The notes beneath the pieces are model-generated. The model worked only from the letters and a program-made list of their open reading frames with translations. It did no database searches and was not told the origin of the DNA. A program made the translations under genes and the position numbers. This document shows positions 1 through 10,556 of a stretch of 64,000 nucleotides of DNA, in pieces. Origin of the DNA: an uncultured Gemmatimonadaceae bacterium (GTDB taxonomy: Bacteria > Gemmatimonadota > Gemmatimonadetes > Gemmatimonadales > Gemmatimonadaceae); NCBI GenBank assembly GCA_963843845.1, contig CAWJMB010000002.1, forward strand, positions 3,168,001 through 3,232,000. The letters are read 5' to 3'. The stretch's first letter is position 1; each line of letters begins with the position of its first letter.

Positions 1-224
1 CGCGCGATCCGCTGTCCCTCCTCGGCGTTCACGACGGGCCGCGTCGTCTCGTCCTGCAGCAACTGCGTGAGCATCCCGTCCGCGTCTCGCGCGCGATGCT
101 GCACGAGCAGCACCGGCGTCGTGAACGTCTCCGGCAGCGCGCGCACCACCGTGCCGAGTGCGTGAAGCCCGCCCCACGAGGCGCCGATGACCACGATCTC
201 GAATGCCTGCCCCGACGCCGTCAT
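1..224 (-). CDS. cheB: CheB-type methylesterase, 5' part (runs off window start)
   Basis: Manual translation MTASGQAFEIVVIGASWGGLHALGTVVRALPETFTTPVLLVQHR shows the CheB GAS-GG and VQH motifs. ATG overlaps the upstream stop (ATGA). Absent from the ORF track. Confidence 0.85.
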   Translation of the reverse strand, partial: MTASGQAFEIVVIGASWGGLHALGTVVRALPETFTTPVLLVQHRARDADGMLTQLLQDETTRPVVNAEEGQRIA

Positions 225-1534
225 GCCCCGCTCTCGAGCACCCGCCGTGCCACGCTCGGCGCAGGCGGCGCAGGCGGCGCAGGCGGCGCAGGCGGCGCAG
301 GCGGCGCAGGCGAGCCTCCCGGCGCCGGCGAGGGCACCGTCGACGTGACGACGCGCACCGCGATCCCGCCGTTGCTCGTCTGCAGCGCCTCGTGCCAGCG
401 CAGCCCCGTGCGCCGCTCGAGCTGCGGATCGGCCGAGAGGAGGGCGACCGTCCACCCCGGCGCGCGCTCGCGCACGACGTCGCCGAACCGCGCGTAGAGC
501 GCGCCGAGGGCGTCCGTCTCGCCGAGGCGCTTTCCGTACGGGGGATTCGCGACGATCCACCCCCGGCGGGGCGAGGCGCCGCCGTTCGGCAGCTCGAGTT
601 CGGACACGGTGCGGCGCTCGATCGTCAGGTCGCCGACGACGCCGGCGCGTGCCGCATTGCTCCCGGTGGCCTCGACGGCGCCGGCGTCGCGATCGCTCGC
701 GACGATCGGGGCCGGGGCGTGCGGCAAGGCCTGCCCGTCGGCCTCGTCGAGCATCCGTCGCCAGGCGGTCGCGTCGTGTCCGTCCCACCGCTCGAACGCG
801 AAGCGGCGCTGCCGCCCGGGCGCGATCCGCCGCGCGAGCAGCGCGCCCTCGATCGCGAGCGTTCCCGAGCCGCACATCGGGTCGATGAGCGGGGTCGCCG
901 GATCCCAGCGCGCGGCGAGCAGCATCGCGGCGGCGAGCGTCTCGCGGAGCGGCGCCTTCGCGACGGCCTCGCGGTACCCTCGGCGATGCAGCAGCGCGCC
1001 GGAGCTGTCGGCGCTGACGACACAACGGTCGTGAACGAAGCGCACGGTGAACAGCTGCGCCGCGACGTCGTGCTCATGCCGCGCCTCCTCGTCGCCGGCC
1101 GCGTCCTCGTGGGCGGCGGACCACGCGCCGCTCCCGCCGACCGCGCGCGCGGCCGCGTCCGCCACGCGCTCGGCGACCGCGTCCGAGTGATAGAGTCGCG
1201 ACTTGCGGCAGCTCACGCGGAGCCGGAGCGGGCGGGACGCATCGACGAACCGCGCCCACGGCGCGCGCCGCGCGTGACGCTCGAGCTCGGAGAACGACGC
1301 CGCGTGAAACGCCGCGACGCGGACGACGATGCGGCTCGCGGTGCGCGACCAGAGGTTCGCCGCCCACAGCTGGTCGCGCGTCGCCTCGAACGCGACGCCC
1401 CCGGCTTCGATCGTGCCGGTCGTGATGCCTAACGCCCGCAGCTCACCGGCGCAGAGCGGCGCGAGGCCGGGGGCCGTGACGGCGAACGCGGCGAACGCGG
1501 CGGATCGGTCGGAGGTGCGAGCGGTGGACGGCAT
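221..1534 (-). CDS. THUMP-domain class I SAM-dependent RNA methyltransferase (RlmL/RlmK-like)
   Basis: ANLWSRTASRI, LHRRGYR, APLRETLAA, DPMCGSGT and NPPYG motifs. Start chosen at MPSTART. Confidence 0.9.
   Translation of the reverse strand: MPSTARTSDRSAAFAAFAVTAPGLAPLCAGELRALGITTGTIEAGGVAFEATRDQLWAANLWSRTASRIVVRVAAFHAASFSELERHARRAPWARFVDASRPLRLRVSCRKSRLYHSDAVAERVADAAARAVGGSGAWSAAHEDAAGDEEARHEHDVAAQLFTVRFVHDRCVVSADSSGALLHRRGYREAVAKAPLRETLAAAMLLAARWDPATPLIDPMCGSGTLAIEGALLARRIAPGRQRRFAFERWDGHDATAWRRMLDEADGQALPHAPAPIVASDRDAGAVEATGSNAARAGVVGDLTIERRTVSELELPNGGASPRRGWIVANPPYGKRLGETDALGALYARFGDVVRERAPGWTVALLSADPQLERRTGLRWHEALQTSNGGIAVRVVTSTVPSPAPGGSPAPPAPPAPPAPPAPPAPSVARRVLESGA
258..311. repeat. 9-bp tandem repeat (GGCGCAGGC)x6 encoding an (APP)n tail
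   Basis: Six perfect units read directly. Confidence 0.9.
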
Positions 1535-1577
1535 CCGGCGAATGTAACGGGCACGAGGCGTGCGACTCGCGGCGCCC

Positions 1578-2081
1578 ATGATCGATTCCCTCCCGACCAG
1601 CCCCGCCCTCACCGACGCCGAGACGCGGTCCCGCATCTGCCGACTCGCGTTCGGTGGCGACGAGGCGCGCTTTCAGCAGTTCCTCGACGTGCTGCACGAC
1701 GTCATCCCGCCCAATGTGATGATCATTCTGCGCGGGAGCGCCGTGACCGGCACGCGCTGGGAGGACGGCGCGCCGTTCGACGCCGATGGCCCGGGGACGA
1801 GCGACCTCGACCTCACGCTCGTCGGTGGCAACATGGTGAAGATGTTCGACGTGTTCTACATCCCCGGCATGCACACCGCGCCGCTCAACGACGAGCACCC
1901 CGAAGTCTCGACGACCTTTCGCCCGCTGCGCCACGCGCTGTGCACGATCGCGCGACGGCCGGTGAACATCCAGGCGACGGCCGACGTCGTGCAGTTCGTC
2001 CGCGACGTGACGATGAACCAGCCGTACTACGTGCTCGTCGACAAGCGGAGCGACGAGAGCGAGCCGCCGGCGCCCGCGTGA
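1578..2081 (+). CDS. Hypothetical protein with pol-beta-like nucleotidyltransferase motif
   Basis: LRGSAVTG...SDLDL resembles the hG[GS]...DxD signature. Typical codon usage. Confidence 0.6.
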   Translation: MIDSLPTSPALTDAETRSRICRLAFGGDEARFQQFLDVLHDVIPPNVMIILRGSAVTGTRWEDGAPFDADGPGTSDLDLTLVGGNMVKMFDVFYIPGMHTAPLNDEHPEVSTTFRPLRHALCTIARRPVNIQATADVVQFVRDVTMNQPYYVLVDKRSDESEPPAPA

Positions 2082-2088
2082 TCGCGTC

Positions 2089-2835
2089 GTGCCGCTCCGC
2101 ATCCTGAGCTACAACATCCGCTACGGCGGCACCGGGCGCGACGCGCTGCTCGCCGGCGTGATCCGGGACGCGATGCCAGACGTCGTGATGCTGCAGGAAG
2201 CGACCGACCCGCGCGTCGTGGCCAGTCTCGCCGAGCGCACGGGCCTCGAGCACCACGGCTCCCGCCCCGGCCACTCCGCAGGGTTTCTCAGCCGCGAGCG
2301 CATGGCGTCGTACGCGTGGCACCACCCGCGCGGCGCGAAGCACGCGTTTCTCGAGATCGTGCTGCCGAACGACGTCGGACGCCTGTACGGTCTGCACCTC
2401 AACGCCTGGTTCTCGAAGTGGAGCGAGCGGCGGCGGGTGCACGAGATCCGCGCGCTCCTCGGCGCGATCAGGGAGCACCAACACGGCTTCCACATCATCG
2501 CCGGCGACTTCAACGCGCTCGAGCCGGGCGTCACGCTCGAGACGGCGAAGCTGCCGCGCTGGATCCAGGCGATGATCTGGGTGAGTGGCCGCGACATCGC
2601 GCGCGATACGATCGGCGTCATGCAGGAGGCCGGCTATGCCGACGCGTGGCGCCGCTTCCACGACGGCGACCCCGGCCTCACGTTCCCCGTCTGGGATCCG
2701 CACGTTCGCTTCGACTACCTGTTCACGCCGTCTCGGTATGCCGAGCGGTTGCTGCGGTGCGACGTGCTGTACGAGGCGCCGGACGTGAAGCGCGCGTCCG
2801 ATCACTTCCCCCTGCTCGTCGACCTCGACGTGTAG
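2089..2835 (+). CDS. Endonuclease/exonuclease/phosphatase (EEP) family protein
   Basis: SYNI, LQE, GDFN, RFDY and SDHFP motifs. Confidence 0.9.
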   Translation: MPLRILSYNIRYGGTGRDALLAGVIRDAMPDVVMLQEATDPRVVASLAERTGLEHHGSRPGHSAGFLSRERMASYAWHHPRGAKHAFLEIVLPNDVGRLYGLHLNAWFSKWSERRRVHEIRALLGAIREHQHGFHIIAGDFNALEPGVTLETAKLPRWIQAMIWVSGRDIARDTIGVMQEAGYADAWRRFHDGDPGLTFPVWDPHVRFDYLFTPSRYAERLLRCDVLYEAPDVKRASDHFPLLVDLDV

Positions 2836-3461
2836 CGGCGCCACGCGCGCCACCCGCGCCATCCGAGCAACGAAGCGAACACGAGCCCCCAGACGAGCGG
2901 CTCCGTGTGATCCTTCTTCTGGCTCCACCAGAAGTGCAGCACGCCCAGCGGGACGACCACGTAGGTCAGCTGGTGCAGCCGGTTCCACCGCGCGCCGCCG
3001 AGGCGGCGGATCGACGCGGTGGTGCTCGTGAGCGCGAGCGGCACGAGCAGCAGCCACGCCGTGAAGCCGACGGCGATGTACGGACGCTTGACCAGCTCGC
3101 GTCCGAGATCGCGCCACACCAGCTCGAGGTCGAGCGCGGCATAGGTCACGAGGTGCGCGGTCGCATACCCGAACGCCAGCAGGCCGACGATGCGACGATA
3201 CCGGGCCAGCCAGTTCCACCCGGTGAGCTGACGCAGCGGTGTGACGAGGAGCGTCGCCGCGAGGAAGCGGATCGTCAGATTCCCCGTCTCGTGCTCGAGC
3301 CCGCGCACCGGCTCGCGGCCCAACGTGTGCGGTTCGCCGGTATAGGCGCGCCACAGCTGCCACGCGAGCCACACCGCCGGCGCGGCGCCGAGCAGCCAGA
3401 CGACGAGCCTCGCGGGGCGAGCGCCGAAGCCGGTGCCTAACGCGGCGCGATCGAACGCCAC
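2802..3461 (-). CDS. msrQ: Methionine sulfoxide reductase heme-binding membrane subunit
   Basis: RRIVGL, KRPYIAVG, LALTS and WNRLHQLTY motifs; directly downstream of msrP. Confidence 0.92.
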   Translation of the reverse strand: MAFDRAALGTGFGARPARLVVWLLGAAPAVWLAWQLWRAYTGEPHTLGREPVRGLEHETGNLTIRFLAATLLVTPLRQLTGWNWLARYRRIVGLLAFGYATAHLVTYAALDLELVWRDLGRELVKRPYIAVGFTAWLLLVPLALTSTTASIRRLGGARWNRLHQLTYVVVPLGVLHFWWSQKKDHTEPLVWGLVFASLLGWRGWRAWRRYTSRSTSRGK

Positions 3462-3473
3462 GCGCGTCGCACG

Positions 3474-4433
3474 TTAGTAGTTCCGTCGCAGATCCAACCC
3501 CGCATACATCGACGCGACCTGATCGGCGTAGCCGTTGAACGGCAGCGTGAGCCGCCGCCCGAACTCGCCGACGCGCCGCTCCTTCGCCTGCGACCAGCGC
3601 GGGTGGTCGACCGCCGGGTTGACGTTCGCGTAGAAGCCGTACTCGTCGGGCGCCGCGACGTTCCACGTCGTGCGCGGTCGCTGCTCGGTGAGGCGGATCG
3701 TCACGATCGCCTTCGCCCCCTTGAATCCGTACTTCCACGGCACGACGAGTCTGAGCGGCGCGCCGTTCTGGTTCGGCAGCGCCTTGCCGTACATCCCCGT
3801 CGCGAGCAGCGTCAGCGGGTGCATCGCCTCGTCGAGCCGGAGCGCCTCGACGTACGGCCACGGCAGCACGCTGCTGCGCTGCCCCGGCATCTGGGTCGGG
3901 TCGAGCAGCGTCGTCAGTTGTACGTACTTCGCCGACGGGAGCGGTTCGACCCGACGCAGCACGTCGCCGAGCGGCACGCCGAGCCACGGAATGACCATCG
4001 ACCACCCCTCGACGCAGCGGTGGCGGTAGACGCGCTCCTGCGCCGTGATCCCCTTCAGCAGATCGTCGAGCGCGTAGCGCGCCGGCTTCGCGACGAGCCC
4101 GTCGACGGCGACCGTCCATGGCGCGACGCGCAGCGCGCCCGCGTTCGCCTTCGGATCGTCTTTGTCCGTGCCGAACTCGTAGTAGTTGTTGTAGCTCGTC
4201 GCGTCGTCGTACGTCGTGATCTCGCTCCGCGCCGGCGGCCCCGCCGAGTCGGCGACGGCCGCCTGCGTCGACGCGGCGCCCTCCGCCTCGCCCGACCGAC
4301 AGCCGACGAGGGTGCCGAGCGCACCGCTCAGCGCGATCGTCCCCGCCGCGCCGAGAAAGCGGCGGCGGTCGAGGTAGAGCGGTTCCGGGGTGATCTCGGA
4401 CGACCGGACGTCGTCGGGGCGGCGGATGTGCAT
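3474..4433 (-). CDS. msrP: Protein-methionine-sulfoxide reductase catalytic subunit (Mo-pterin, Tat signal)
   Basis: SEITPE..RRRFL Tat signal, [34 protein letters not shown] and HPRWSQA. Confidence 0.96.
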   Translation of the reverse strand: MHIRRPDDVRSSEITPEPLYLDRRRFLGAAGTIALSGALGTLVGCRSGEAEGAASTQAAVADSAGPPARSEITTYDDATSYNNYYEFGTDKDDPKANAGALRVAPWTVAVDGLVAKPARYALDDLLKGITAQERVYRHRCVEGWSMVIPWLGVPLGDVLRRVEPLPSAKYVQLTTLLDPTQMPGQRSSVLPWPYVEALRLDEAMHPLTLLATGMYGKALPNQNGAPLRLVVPWKYGFKGAKAIVTIRLTEQRPRTTWNVAAPDEYGFYANVNPAVDHPRWSQAKERRVGEFGRRLTLPFNGYADQVASMYAGLDLRRNY

Positions 4434-4479
4434 CGGGTGGTGGCTGTCGTCTCTCGCTGCGCTCGTGGGGGCGGTCGCG

Positions 4480-5634
4480 TCAGCCGCCCATGGTGTCGAT
4501 GGCGCGGTAATAGACGCGACGCTCCTTCGCGCGCGCAGCGTCGACGGCCCCTCCGGCGTCGGCCGCCGGGGTGGCATCGTCCGCCCACGGCCGTCGCGAC
4601 ACGATGTGGCGCCCTCCGCGTTCCGCGCCGTAGTGGTCGTCGATGTTGCCGTAGTCGTGGCGCTCGTAGTCCGCGCTGTCGTAGCGCACGGCGCCGACCG
4701 GCGTCGCCGCGTCGACCGTCCCCCCCTCCTCGATGCGCACCCGCGCGTCGAGCTCGCGAGGATCGATCGCCTGCGCGTCGTCCATCGCGTCGGCGGACGG
4801 CACGTCGTCGCGCGGGTCGTCACGCCGCACGCCCTCGCGGCGCTCCGCGTCGCGGCGCTCGGCGTCGTCGGTCACCGCGGCCTGCATCTGCGCATCGTAG
4901 TTCGCGCGGTCGGCCGGCCGGTCGGCGAGCGTCGCGTTGATCGTGCGCGACTCGTCCGACCCGGCGCCGGCGCCCGGCGTCGCGCCCGGCGTCGCGCTCG
5001 GCGTCGCGCTCGGCGTCGCGCTCGGCATCGCGCTCGGCGTCGCGCTCGCTCCGGCATCGGCTGGCGTGTCGATCCCGGACGGCGCGTCCAGCAACAGCCG
5101 GCGCGGCGACCGGTCGGCGTTGGGGACCGCAGCGAAGCGCAGCTCGTCCTCGCCGCGCCGCATGCGGTACTCGCGGTCTGCGGCGTAGGGTCGGTCGCCG
5201 TAGGCGCGCACGTAGCCGTCGTTGAAGCGCACCATCTCGTCGTCGGAGAGCGCGCCCTGACGCGGCAACGACGGGAGCAGCTCCGCGGCGTCCGGCGCGC
5301 TCAGCTCGCGCGCGTCGATGACGACGCGCTTCGTCGAATGATCGATCCACGCCGCGCGCAGCGGCGCGAGCGTGTGCCGGTCGTCGCGCCGCAGATCGAC
5401 GTCGAGCAGCACGACCTCTGCCGACTCGGTATCGACGAGCAGCTCGTCGACGACGCCCAGCTCGCGCCCCGTCGAGGCGAAGACGTGCCACCCGCGGATG
5501 TCGGGATCGCCGTCGCCGACTTTCCAGTCGTCGAGCTCCTTCAGCGGCCGCAACTCGCGCGCGCGGCGCGGGTCGGGGCCGACGTTCGCTTCGTCGCGCA
5601 GTCCGCGCGGGTGCGTCGAATGCTCTTTCGCCAT
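4480..5634 (-). CDS. PRC-barrel domain protein with acidic low-complexity C-terminus
   Basis: [15 protein letters not shown]...[10 protein letters not shown] is a PRC-barrel pattern. Confidence 0.8.
   Translation of the reverse strand: MAKEHSTHPRGLRDEANVGPDPRRARELRPLKELDDWKVGDGDPDIRGWHVFASTGRELGVVDELLVDTESAEVVLLDVDLRRDDRHTLAPLRAAWIDHSTKRVVIDARELSAPDAAELLPSLPRQGALSDDEMVRFNDGYVRAYGDRPYAADREYRMRRGEDELRFAAVPNADRSPRRLLLDAPSGIDTPADAGASATPSAMPSATPSATPSATPGATPGAGAGSDESRTINATLADRPADRANYDAQMQAAVTDDAERRDAERREGVRRDDPRDDVPSADAMDDAQAIDPRELDARVRIEEGGTVDAATPVGAVRYDSADYERHDYGNIDDHYGAERGGRHIVSRRPWADDATPAADAGGAVDAARAKERRVYYRAIDTMGG
4975..5048. repeat. 12-bp tandem repeat (~6 copies) encoding ATPS/ATPG
   Basis: CGGCGTCGCGCY units read directly. 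Confidence 0.8.
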
Positions 5635-5701
5635 GTGTCGGTCCCTCGCCGTCGAAGATGTCGGGAAGTCGTCGGGGTGCTCTCGCTGACGCGGGTCACG
5701 T

Positions 5702-5717
5702 TGCAAGCTGGCTGCCA
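5702..5717 (-). promoter_or_regulatory. Candidate sigma-54 (-24/-12) promoter of the PRC-barrel gene
   Basis: Minus strand TGGCAGCCAGCTTGCA fits TGGCA-N6-TTGCW with exact spacing, ~68 bp before the ATG. Confidence 0.65.
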
Positions 5718-5777
5718 CCCCTGCGCCCCACCCGCGGCCGCGACCGCCGGCCCGAATCCTGCCCCGGCAGCGGCCAC

Positions 5778-7319
5778 ATGACCTCGACGGACTTCGCGTC
5801 GCCGGGGAGCGAGCACGAGCGTGTCGACACACGCCAGCTCACCCGGTCGCGCGCGCGCAGCATTCTCGCCGAACGCTTCGGCTTCGACGACTTCCAGTAC
5901 CGACAGTTCGAGCCGATCCAGGCCGTGCTCCGCGGCGAGGATGCGCTCGTCGTCATGCCGACCGGCAGCGGCAAGTCGCTCGTCTATCAGTTCCCGGCGC
6001 TGATCCTCCCCGGCCTGACGGTCGTCGTGAGCCCGCTCATCGCGCTCATGAAGGATCAGCACGACAAGCTCGTCGCGCACGGCGTCGACGCGCTCGCCGT
6101 GCACTCCCACATGACGACGCGCCAGACGCGTGCGACCGAGCAGGCGATCGCCGATGGCGGCGGCGACATTCTCTACGTCACCCCCGAGCGCTTCAAGGAT
6201 CGCGAGTTCTTCGACACGCTGCTCACCCGCTCGGTGAGTCTGTTCGTCGTCGACGAGGCGCACTGCGTGAGTCAGTGGGGGCACGACTTCCGCCCCGACT
6301 ACCTCACGTTGGGCTCGATCGTGCAGCGACTCGGCCGGCCGCCGGTGATGGCGCTCACGGCCACGGCCACCGCCGAGGTCCGCGCCGACATCATCCGGCA
6401 GCTCGGCATGCGCGACCCGCACGTGACGATCACCGGCTTCGCGCGACCCAACCTCCGCTTCGAGGTCGCGCGCAGCGTCAACAACGCGGTGAAAGACGAG
6501 ACGCTCGAGCGGATCGTGACCTCCACGCCCGGCTCCGGCGTGATCTACGTCGCGACGATCAAGGAAGCCGAACGGTTGCACGAGCAGCTCAGCGAGCGCT
6601 TCCACCGCGAGCTGGCCTTCGGCCTCTACCACGGCAAGCTCGCGCCGAATGAGCGCAAGGACGCGCAGAACGCGTTCATGGCCGACGGGCTCAAGGCGAT
6701 GATCGCGACCAACGCGTTCGGTCTGGGCATCGACAAGCCGGACATTCGCTTCGTCGTGCACTACCACTTCCCCGGCTCGGTCGAGGCGTACTATCAGGAA
6801 GCGGGGCGCGCCGGCCGCGACGGCGACCCGTCCACCTGCACGCTGCTCTACCGCGTCGAGGACCGCCGCATCCAGAGCTACTTCCTCGGCGGCAAGTACC
6901 CCGAGGTCGAGGAGGCGGCGAAGGTCGCGATCGTCCTCGAGACGTACCCGTCGGGCCAGCCCGTGCCGCTCGACGAGCTCGCCGAGCGCAGCGGCGTCGC
7001 GCGACGCAAGGCGCGCATCGCCCTCATGCTCCTCAAGCGCCACGGCATGGTGCGCGAGCACCGCGGCCTGCGCTGGGAGCGACTCGCCGACCGGCTCACG
7101 CAGGTCGACCTCAGCGCCGACCTCACGGACTACGAGGACCGCCGCGCGCGCGACCAGGCGAAGCTTCAGGCCATCGTGGACTTCGCGCAGACCGCGCGCT
7201 GCCGCACGCGCTTCATCCTCGAATACTTCGGCGAGGCCGTCGACGTCGACTGGCGCTGCGGCAACTGCGACGCGTGCGACGCGATGGAGGCGTGGGACGT
7301 CAGGCGCCGCCCCGCCTGA
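5778..7319 (+). CDS. recQ: RecQ-family ATP-dependent DNA helicase (no HRDC seen)
   Basis: [40 protein letters not shown] and C-terminal CR...CGNCDAC Zn site. Confidence 0.93.
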   Translation: MTSTDFASPGSEHERVDTRQLTRSRARSILAERFGFDDFQYRQFEPIQAVLRGEDALVVMPTGSGKSLVYQFPALILPGLTVVVSPLIALMKDQHDKLVAHGVDALAVHSHMTTRQTRATEQAIADGGGDILYVTPERFKDREFFDTLLTRSVSLFVVDEAHCVSQWGHDFRPDYLTLGSIVQRLGRPPVMALTATATAEVRADIIRQLGMRDPHVTITGFARPNLRFEVARSVNNAVKDETLERIVTSTPGSGVIYVATIKEAERLHEQLSERFHRELAFGLYHGKLAPNERKDAQNAFMADGLKAMIATNAFGLGIDKPDIRFVVHYHFPGSVEAYYQEAGRAGRDGDPSTCTLLYRVEDRRIQSYFLGGKYPEVEEAAKVAIVLETYPSGQPVPLDELAERSGVARRKARIALMLLKRHGMVREHRGLRWERLADRLTQVDLSADLTDYEDRRARDQAKLQAIVDFAQTARCRTRFILEYFGEAVDVDWRCGNCDACDAMEAWDVRRRPA

Positions 7320-7368
7320 CGCGCGGCGTCGGCGGGGCCGGACCGGCCGAGCCGCGTACGTTTCCCCC

Positions 7369-8490
7369 ATGCTCCCCGACGTCTCGCTCTTCGACCGCCC
7401 CTACTACGGGAACAGCGCCCGCGACTGGCTCCTCGCGTTAGGCACCGTCGTCGCGCTCTGGCTCGCCCTCGCGCTCGTCCGCCGCGCCGTCATCCGACGC
7501 CTCGAGCGCTCCGCGTCGCGCACGAGCACCGCGGTCGACGACGTCGCGTTAGGCGCCTTCCGCCGTACCCACGCCGCGTTCCTGTTCGCCGTCGCGCTGC
7601 GCGGCGCCGAGCACACGATGCTGGTGCTGCCGACGCGCGTCGACGGCGCGGTCCACCTGTTCGTCGAGCTCGTCGCGCTCTGGCAGGCGGCGAGTTGGGG
7701 ATCCGGCGCGATCGGGCTCGCCGTCGAGGCGGCGGCGCGGCGGCGCGGCGCGCACGACAAGGCGAGCGTCACGACGCTGAACGTCCTCGGCGTCATCGCG
7801 CGCCTCGTGCTGTGGCTGCTGCTGCTGCTGCTCGCGCTCGCCGCGTTCGACATCGACGTCACCGGACTCGTCACCGGGCTCGGCATCGCGGGCGTCGCCG
7901 TCGCCCTGGCGGTGCAGAGCATCCTCGGCGACCTGTTCGCGTCGCTCTCCATCGCGCTCGACAAGCCGTTCGTGCTCGGCGACACGATCACCGTCGATCA
8001 GTTCACCGGGACCGTCGAGGACATCGGCCTCAAGACCACGCGGCTCCGCGCGCTGAGCGGCGAGACCCTCGTCTTCTCGAACGCCGACCTCCTCAAGGCG
8101 CGCATCCGGAACTATCGGGGGCAGGCGGAGCGGCGCGTGCAGTTCGCGCTGAACGTCGCGCCGGACACGCTCCCCGAGCGCCTCGAGCGCGTGCCCGCGA
8201 TCGTGCGCGAGCTCCTCGCCGCCGAGCCGGCGGTGCGCGTCGACCGCGCGCACGTGAGTGCGATCACCGACAGCGCGCTCGTCGTCGAGGCGGTCTACTT
8301 CGTGACGACGGGCGACTACGGCGTCTACATGGACGTGCAGCAGCGCTTCTACCTCGCACTGCTGCGCCGCCTCGCCGCCGAGGGGATCGCCCTCGTGCGC
8401 CCGGTCCCGCCGGTCGTCGTGAACGGAGCGCCGGGTCCGGACGAGACGCTCCCCGCCGCGCCTACTCCTCCAGACGCGCGTCGAGCGTGA
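7369..8490 (+). CDS. mscS: Small-conductance mechanosensitive channel family protein
   Basis: GLGIAGVAVALAVQ, DKPFVLGD and GTVEDIGLKTTRLR. Confidence 0.9.
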   Translation: MLPDVSLFDRPYYGNSARDWLLALGTVVALWLALALVRRAVIRRLERSASRTSTAVDDVALGAFRRTHAAFLFAVALRGAEHTMLVLPTRVDGAVHLFVELVALWQAASWGSGAIGLAVEAAARRRGAHDKASVTTLNVLGVIARLVLWLLLLLLALAAFDIDVTGLVTGLGIAGVAVALAVQSILGDLFASLSIALDKPFVLGDTITVDQFTGTVEDIGLKTTRLRALSGETLVFSNADLLKARIRNYRGQAERRVQFALNVAPDTLPERLERVPAIVRELLAAEPAVRVDRAHVSAITDSALVVEAVYFVTTGDYGVYMDVQQRFYLALLRRLAAEGIALVRPVPPVVVNGAPGPDETLPAAPTPPDARRA

Positions 8491-8896
8491 TCTCGACGTT
8501 CCCGAGGAGCGCTTTCGACACCGGGCACTCGCTCTTCGTCGCCTCGGCCACGTCCTTGAAGGCGTCTCGATCGGCCCCGGGGATCCGCGCCGTCGTCGTC
8601 AGGGCGATCCGCGTGATGCGCCAGCCCCCGCCGTCGCCACGTTCGATCGTGCACGCCGCGCTCGTCTCGATGCGCTCCGGACGCATCCCGGCCTTCTCCA
8701 GCGATCCGCTGAGCGCCATGCTGTAGCACGCGGCCTCGGCGGCGGCGAGCAGCTCTTCCGGGTTGCTGCCCCCGCCGCTCTCGAAGCGCGAGCCGAACGA
8801 GTAGTCGGCGCTCAACGCGCCGCTCTCTCCCGTGAATGAGCCCTTTCCATCGCGTAGCAATCCTTCCCAGACGGCGTTCGCAGTGCGTGTCGGCAT
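8462..8896 (-). CDS. osmC: OsmC family peroxiredoxin
   Basis: RTANAVWEG, SNPEELLAAAEAACYSMAL and CPVSKAL. Confidence 0.93.
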   Translation of the reverse strand: MPTRTANAVWEGLLRDGKGSFTGESGALSADYSFGSRFESGGGSNPEELLAAAEAACYSMALSGSLEKAGMRPERIETSAACTIERGDGGGWRITRIALTTTARIPGADRDAFKDVAEATKSECPVSKALLGNVEITLDARLEE

Positions 8897-8924
8897 GATC
8901 GTGTCCTCGAGGGTCGAGCGACTG

Positions 8925-10556
8925 GTGCGCGTCCGCGACTCGGGCGGCGCGCGCGCGGCGCGCGGGCGCAGTCGCACGACTCGGGCCGCGCACGGTGCCG
9001 GCGTACTGCGAGCCGTCCTGGCGCGAGTCATCACGCTCGTCATCGCGATCGCCTGCGGCAGCGACCGCAAGGGCCCGGCGCCGAGCGGCACCAGCGCGGC
9101 GATCGACGCGCCGACCCGCGACTCCTCGGCGTTCGTGCCGGTCGCGCTCGCGCCGTCGCGCGTCGCCGTGCCGATTCGCTACGACCTCGCCCCCGCGATC
9201 GCCGTGCTCGAGCAGGCGGTGCCACGCACGTTCGGCGATCTCGCCGACCGGAAGCCGGTGACGGGGCACAAGAGCATGTCGTACGCGTTCGACGCGACGC
9301 GCACCGGGTTCGACGTCCGTGTGCGCGGCACGACGGTCACGATCTCGTCGGTCGTCGCGTACCGCGCGCGCGGCTGGGTGAAGCCGGTCGGCATCGGCCC
9401 GTCGCTCTCCGGGTCGTGCGGGATGGACGACGAGCCGCCTCGCCTTCGCATCACGCTCGTCTCCGCGTTGCGCCTGGCCCCCGACTGGACGCTGCGCGCG
9501 AACACTGCCGTGCCGACCGTCGCGCCGATGAGCGACTCGACGCGCGACAAGTGCCGCGTCACGATCGTCAACCTCGACGTCACCGACCGCGCGGTAGCGG
9601 CCGTCCGCGCCGCGCTCGAGGGAAAGGCCACGCTGCTCGACGAGCGCATCCGCCGGGTCGACGTGCGCTCGAAGGTCGGCACGTGGTGGGCGATTCTCGG
9701 GCGGCCGATCAGGATGGGGAACGACGCGTGGCTCGAGATCCGCCCCGAGTCGGTGAGCGTCGGTACGCTGCGCGCCAGCGGGCGGACGATGGTCGCGCCG
9801 GTGACGCTCGTCGCGCGCCCGCGCATCGCGACCGGCTCGCGCCCCGACTCGTCGACGATCGCGCTCCCCGACATCACACCGCGCGCGAAGGGGGAGGGCG
9901 CGACCGACAGCGCGGAGACCGGGCTCCACCTGCTGCTCGAGGCCGTGCTCGGCTACGACGTCGCCACACGCATGCTCACGCGCCAGCTCGTCGGACGGCA
10001 CTTCGAGCGCGGCGGCCAGTCGGTCACCGTACGCGCCGCGAGCGTCTTCCCGGCAGCCGGCGGACGCGTTGCGCTCGCGCTCGCGCTCGTCGGCGACGTC
10101 GACGCGCGTGTCGTGTTCGCCGGACGCCCTGCCTACGACCGCGCGACCGGGATGCTCGCCGTTCCCGACCTCGATTACAGCGTCGCCGACGCGTCGCTCC
10201 TCGTGCGCGGCGCCGACGGCGTCGCCCACGACGCGCTGCGCGACGCGCTCCGCGACCGAGCCCGGTTCCCCATCACGGCGCTCATCGACTCCGCCCGCCT
10301 CCGCGCCGAGCGCGCGATGAACCGCGAGCTGACGCGCGGCGTCGTGCTGGGCGCCACCGTCACGCATGCCCGCGCCCTCGGCGTACGCGCCGCTCCCGAC
10401 GGCTTTCGCGTACAGGCCGAGGCCCTCGGCACGCTGTCGCTCGACGTCGACCGCGCGCCCAGCGTCAGGCGCCGACGCGCCGCGTCGGCGGCGTCGCCCG
10501 CGAAGCCCGAAGTGAAGAAGTCCGTGCCCGACACCAGGAAGCCCTCGTCCCGATGA
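8925..10556 (+). CDS. DUF4403-like lipoprotein (start uncertain)
   Basis: Lipobox IAIA-C, beta-rich body, SGSCG and GRPAYD...VPDLDY motifs. Confidence 0.65.
   Translation: MRVRDSGGARAARGRSRTTRAAHGAGVLRAVLARVITLVIAIACGSDRKGPAPSGTSAAIDAPTRDSSAFVPVALAPSRVAVPIRYDLAPAIAVLEQAVPRTFGDLADRKPVTGHKSMSYAFDATRTGFDVRVRGTTVTISSVVAYRARGWVKPVGIGPSLSGSCGMDDEPPRLRITLVSALRLAPDWTLRANTAVPTVAPMSDSTRDKCRVTIVNLDVTDRAVAAVRAALEGKATLLDERIRRVDVRSKVGTWWAILGRPIRMGNDAWLEIRPESVSVGTLRASGRTMVAPVTLVARPRIATGSRPDSSTIALPDITPRAKGEGATDSAETGLHLLLEAVLGYDVATRMLTRQLVGRHFERGGQSVTVRAASVFPAAGGRVALALALVGDVDARVVFAGRPAYDRATGMLAVPDLDYSVADASLLVRGADGVAHDALRDALRDRARFPITALIDSARLRAERAMNRELTRGVVLGATVTHARALGVRAAPDGFRVQAEALGTLSLDVDRAPSVRRRRAASAASPAKPEVKKSVPDTRKPSSR

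Noticed and set aside
258..311. Coding tandem repeats as phase-variation switches (also 4975-5048, 63476-63511)
   Set aside because: Units are multiples of 3 in low-complexity linkers, so copy-number change would not shift frame.
4480..5634. PRC-barrel protein as photosynthetic reaction-centre H subunit
   Set aside because: No N-terminal TM helix and no puf/puh/bch genes nearby.
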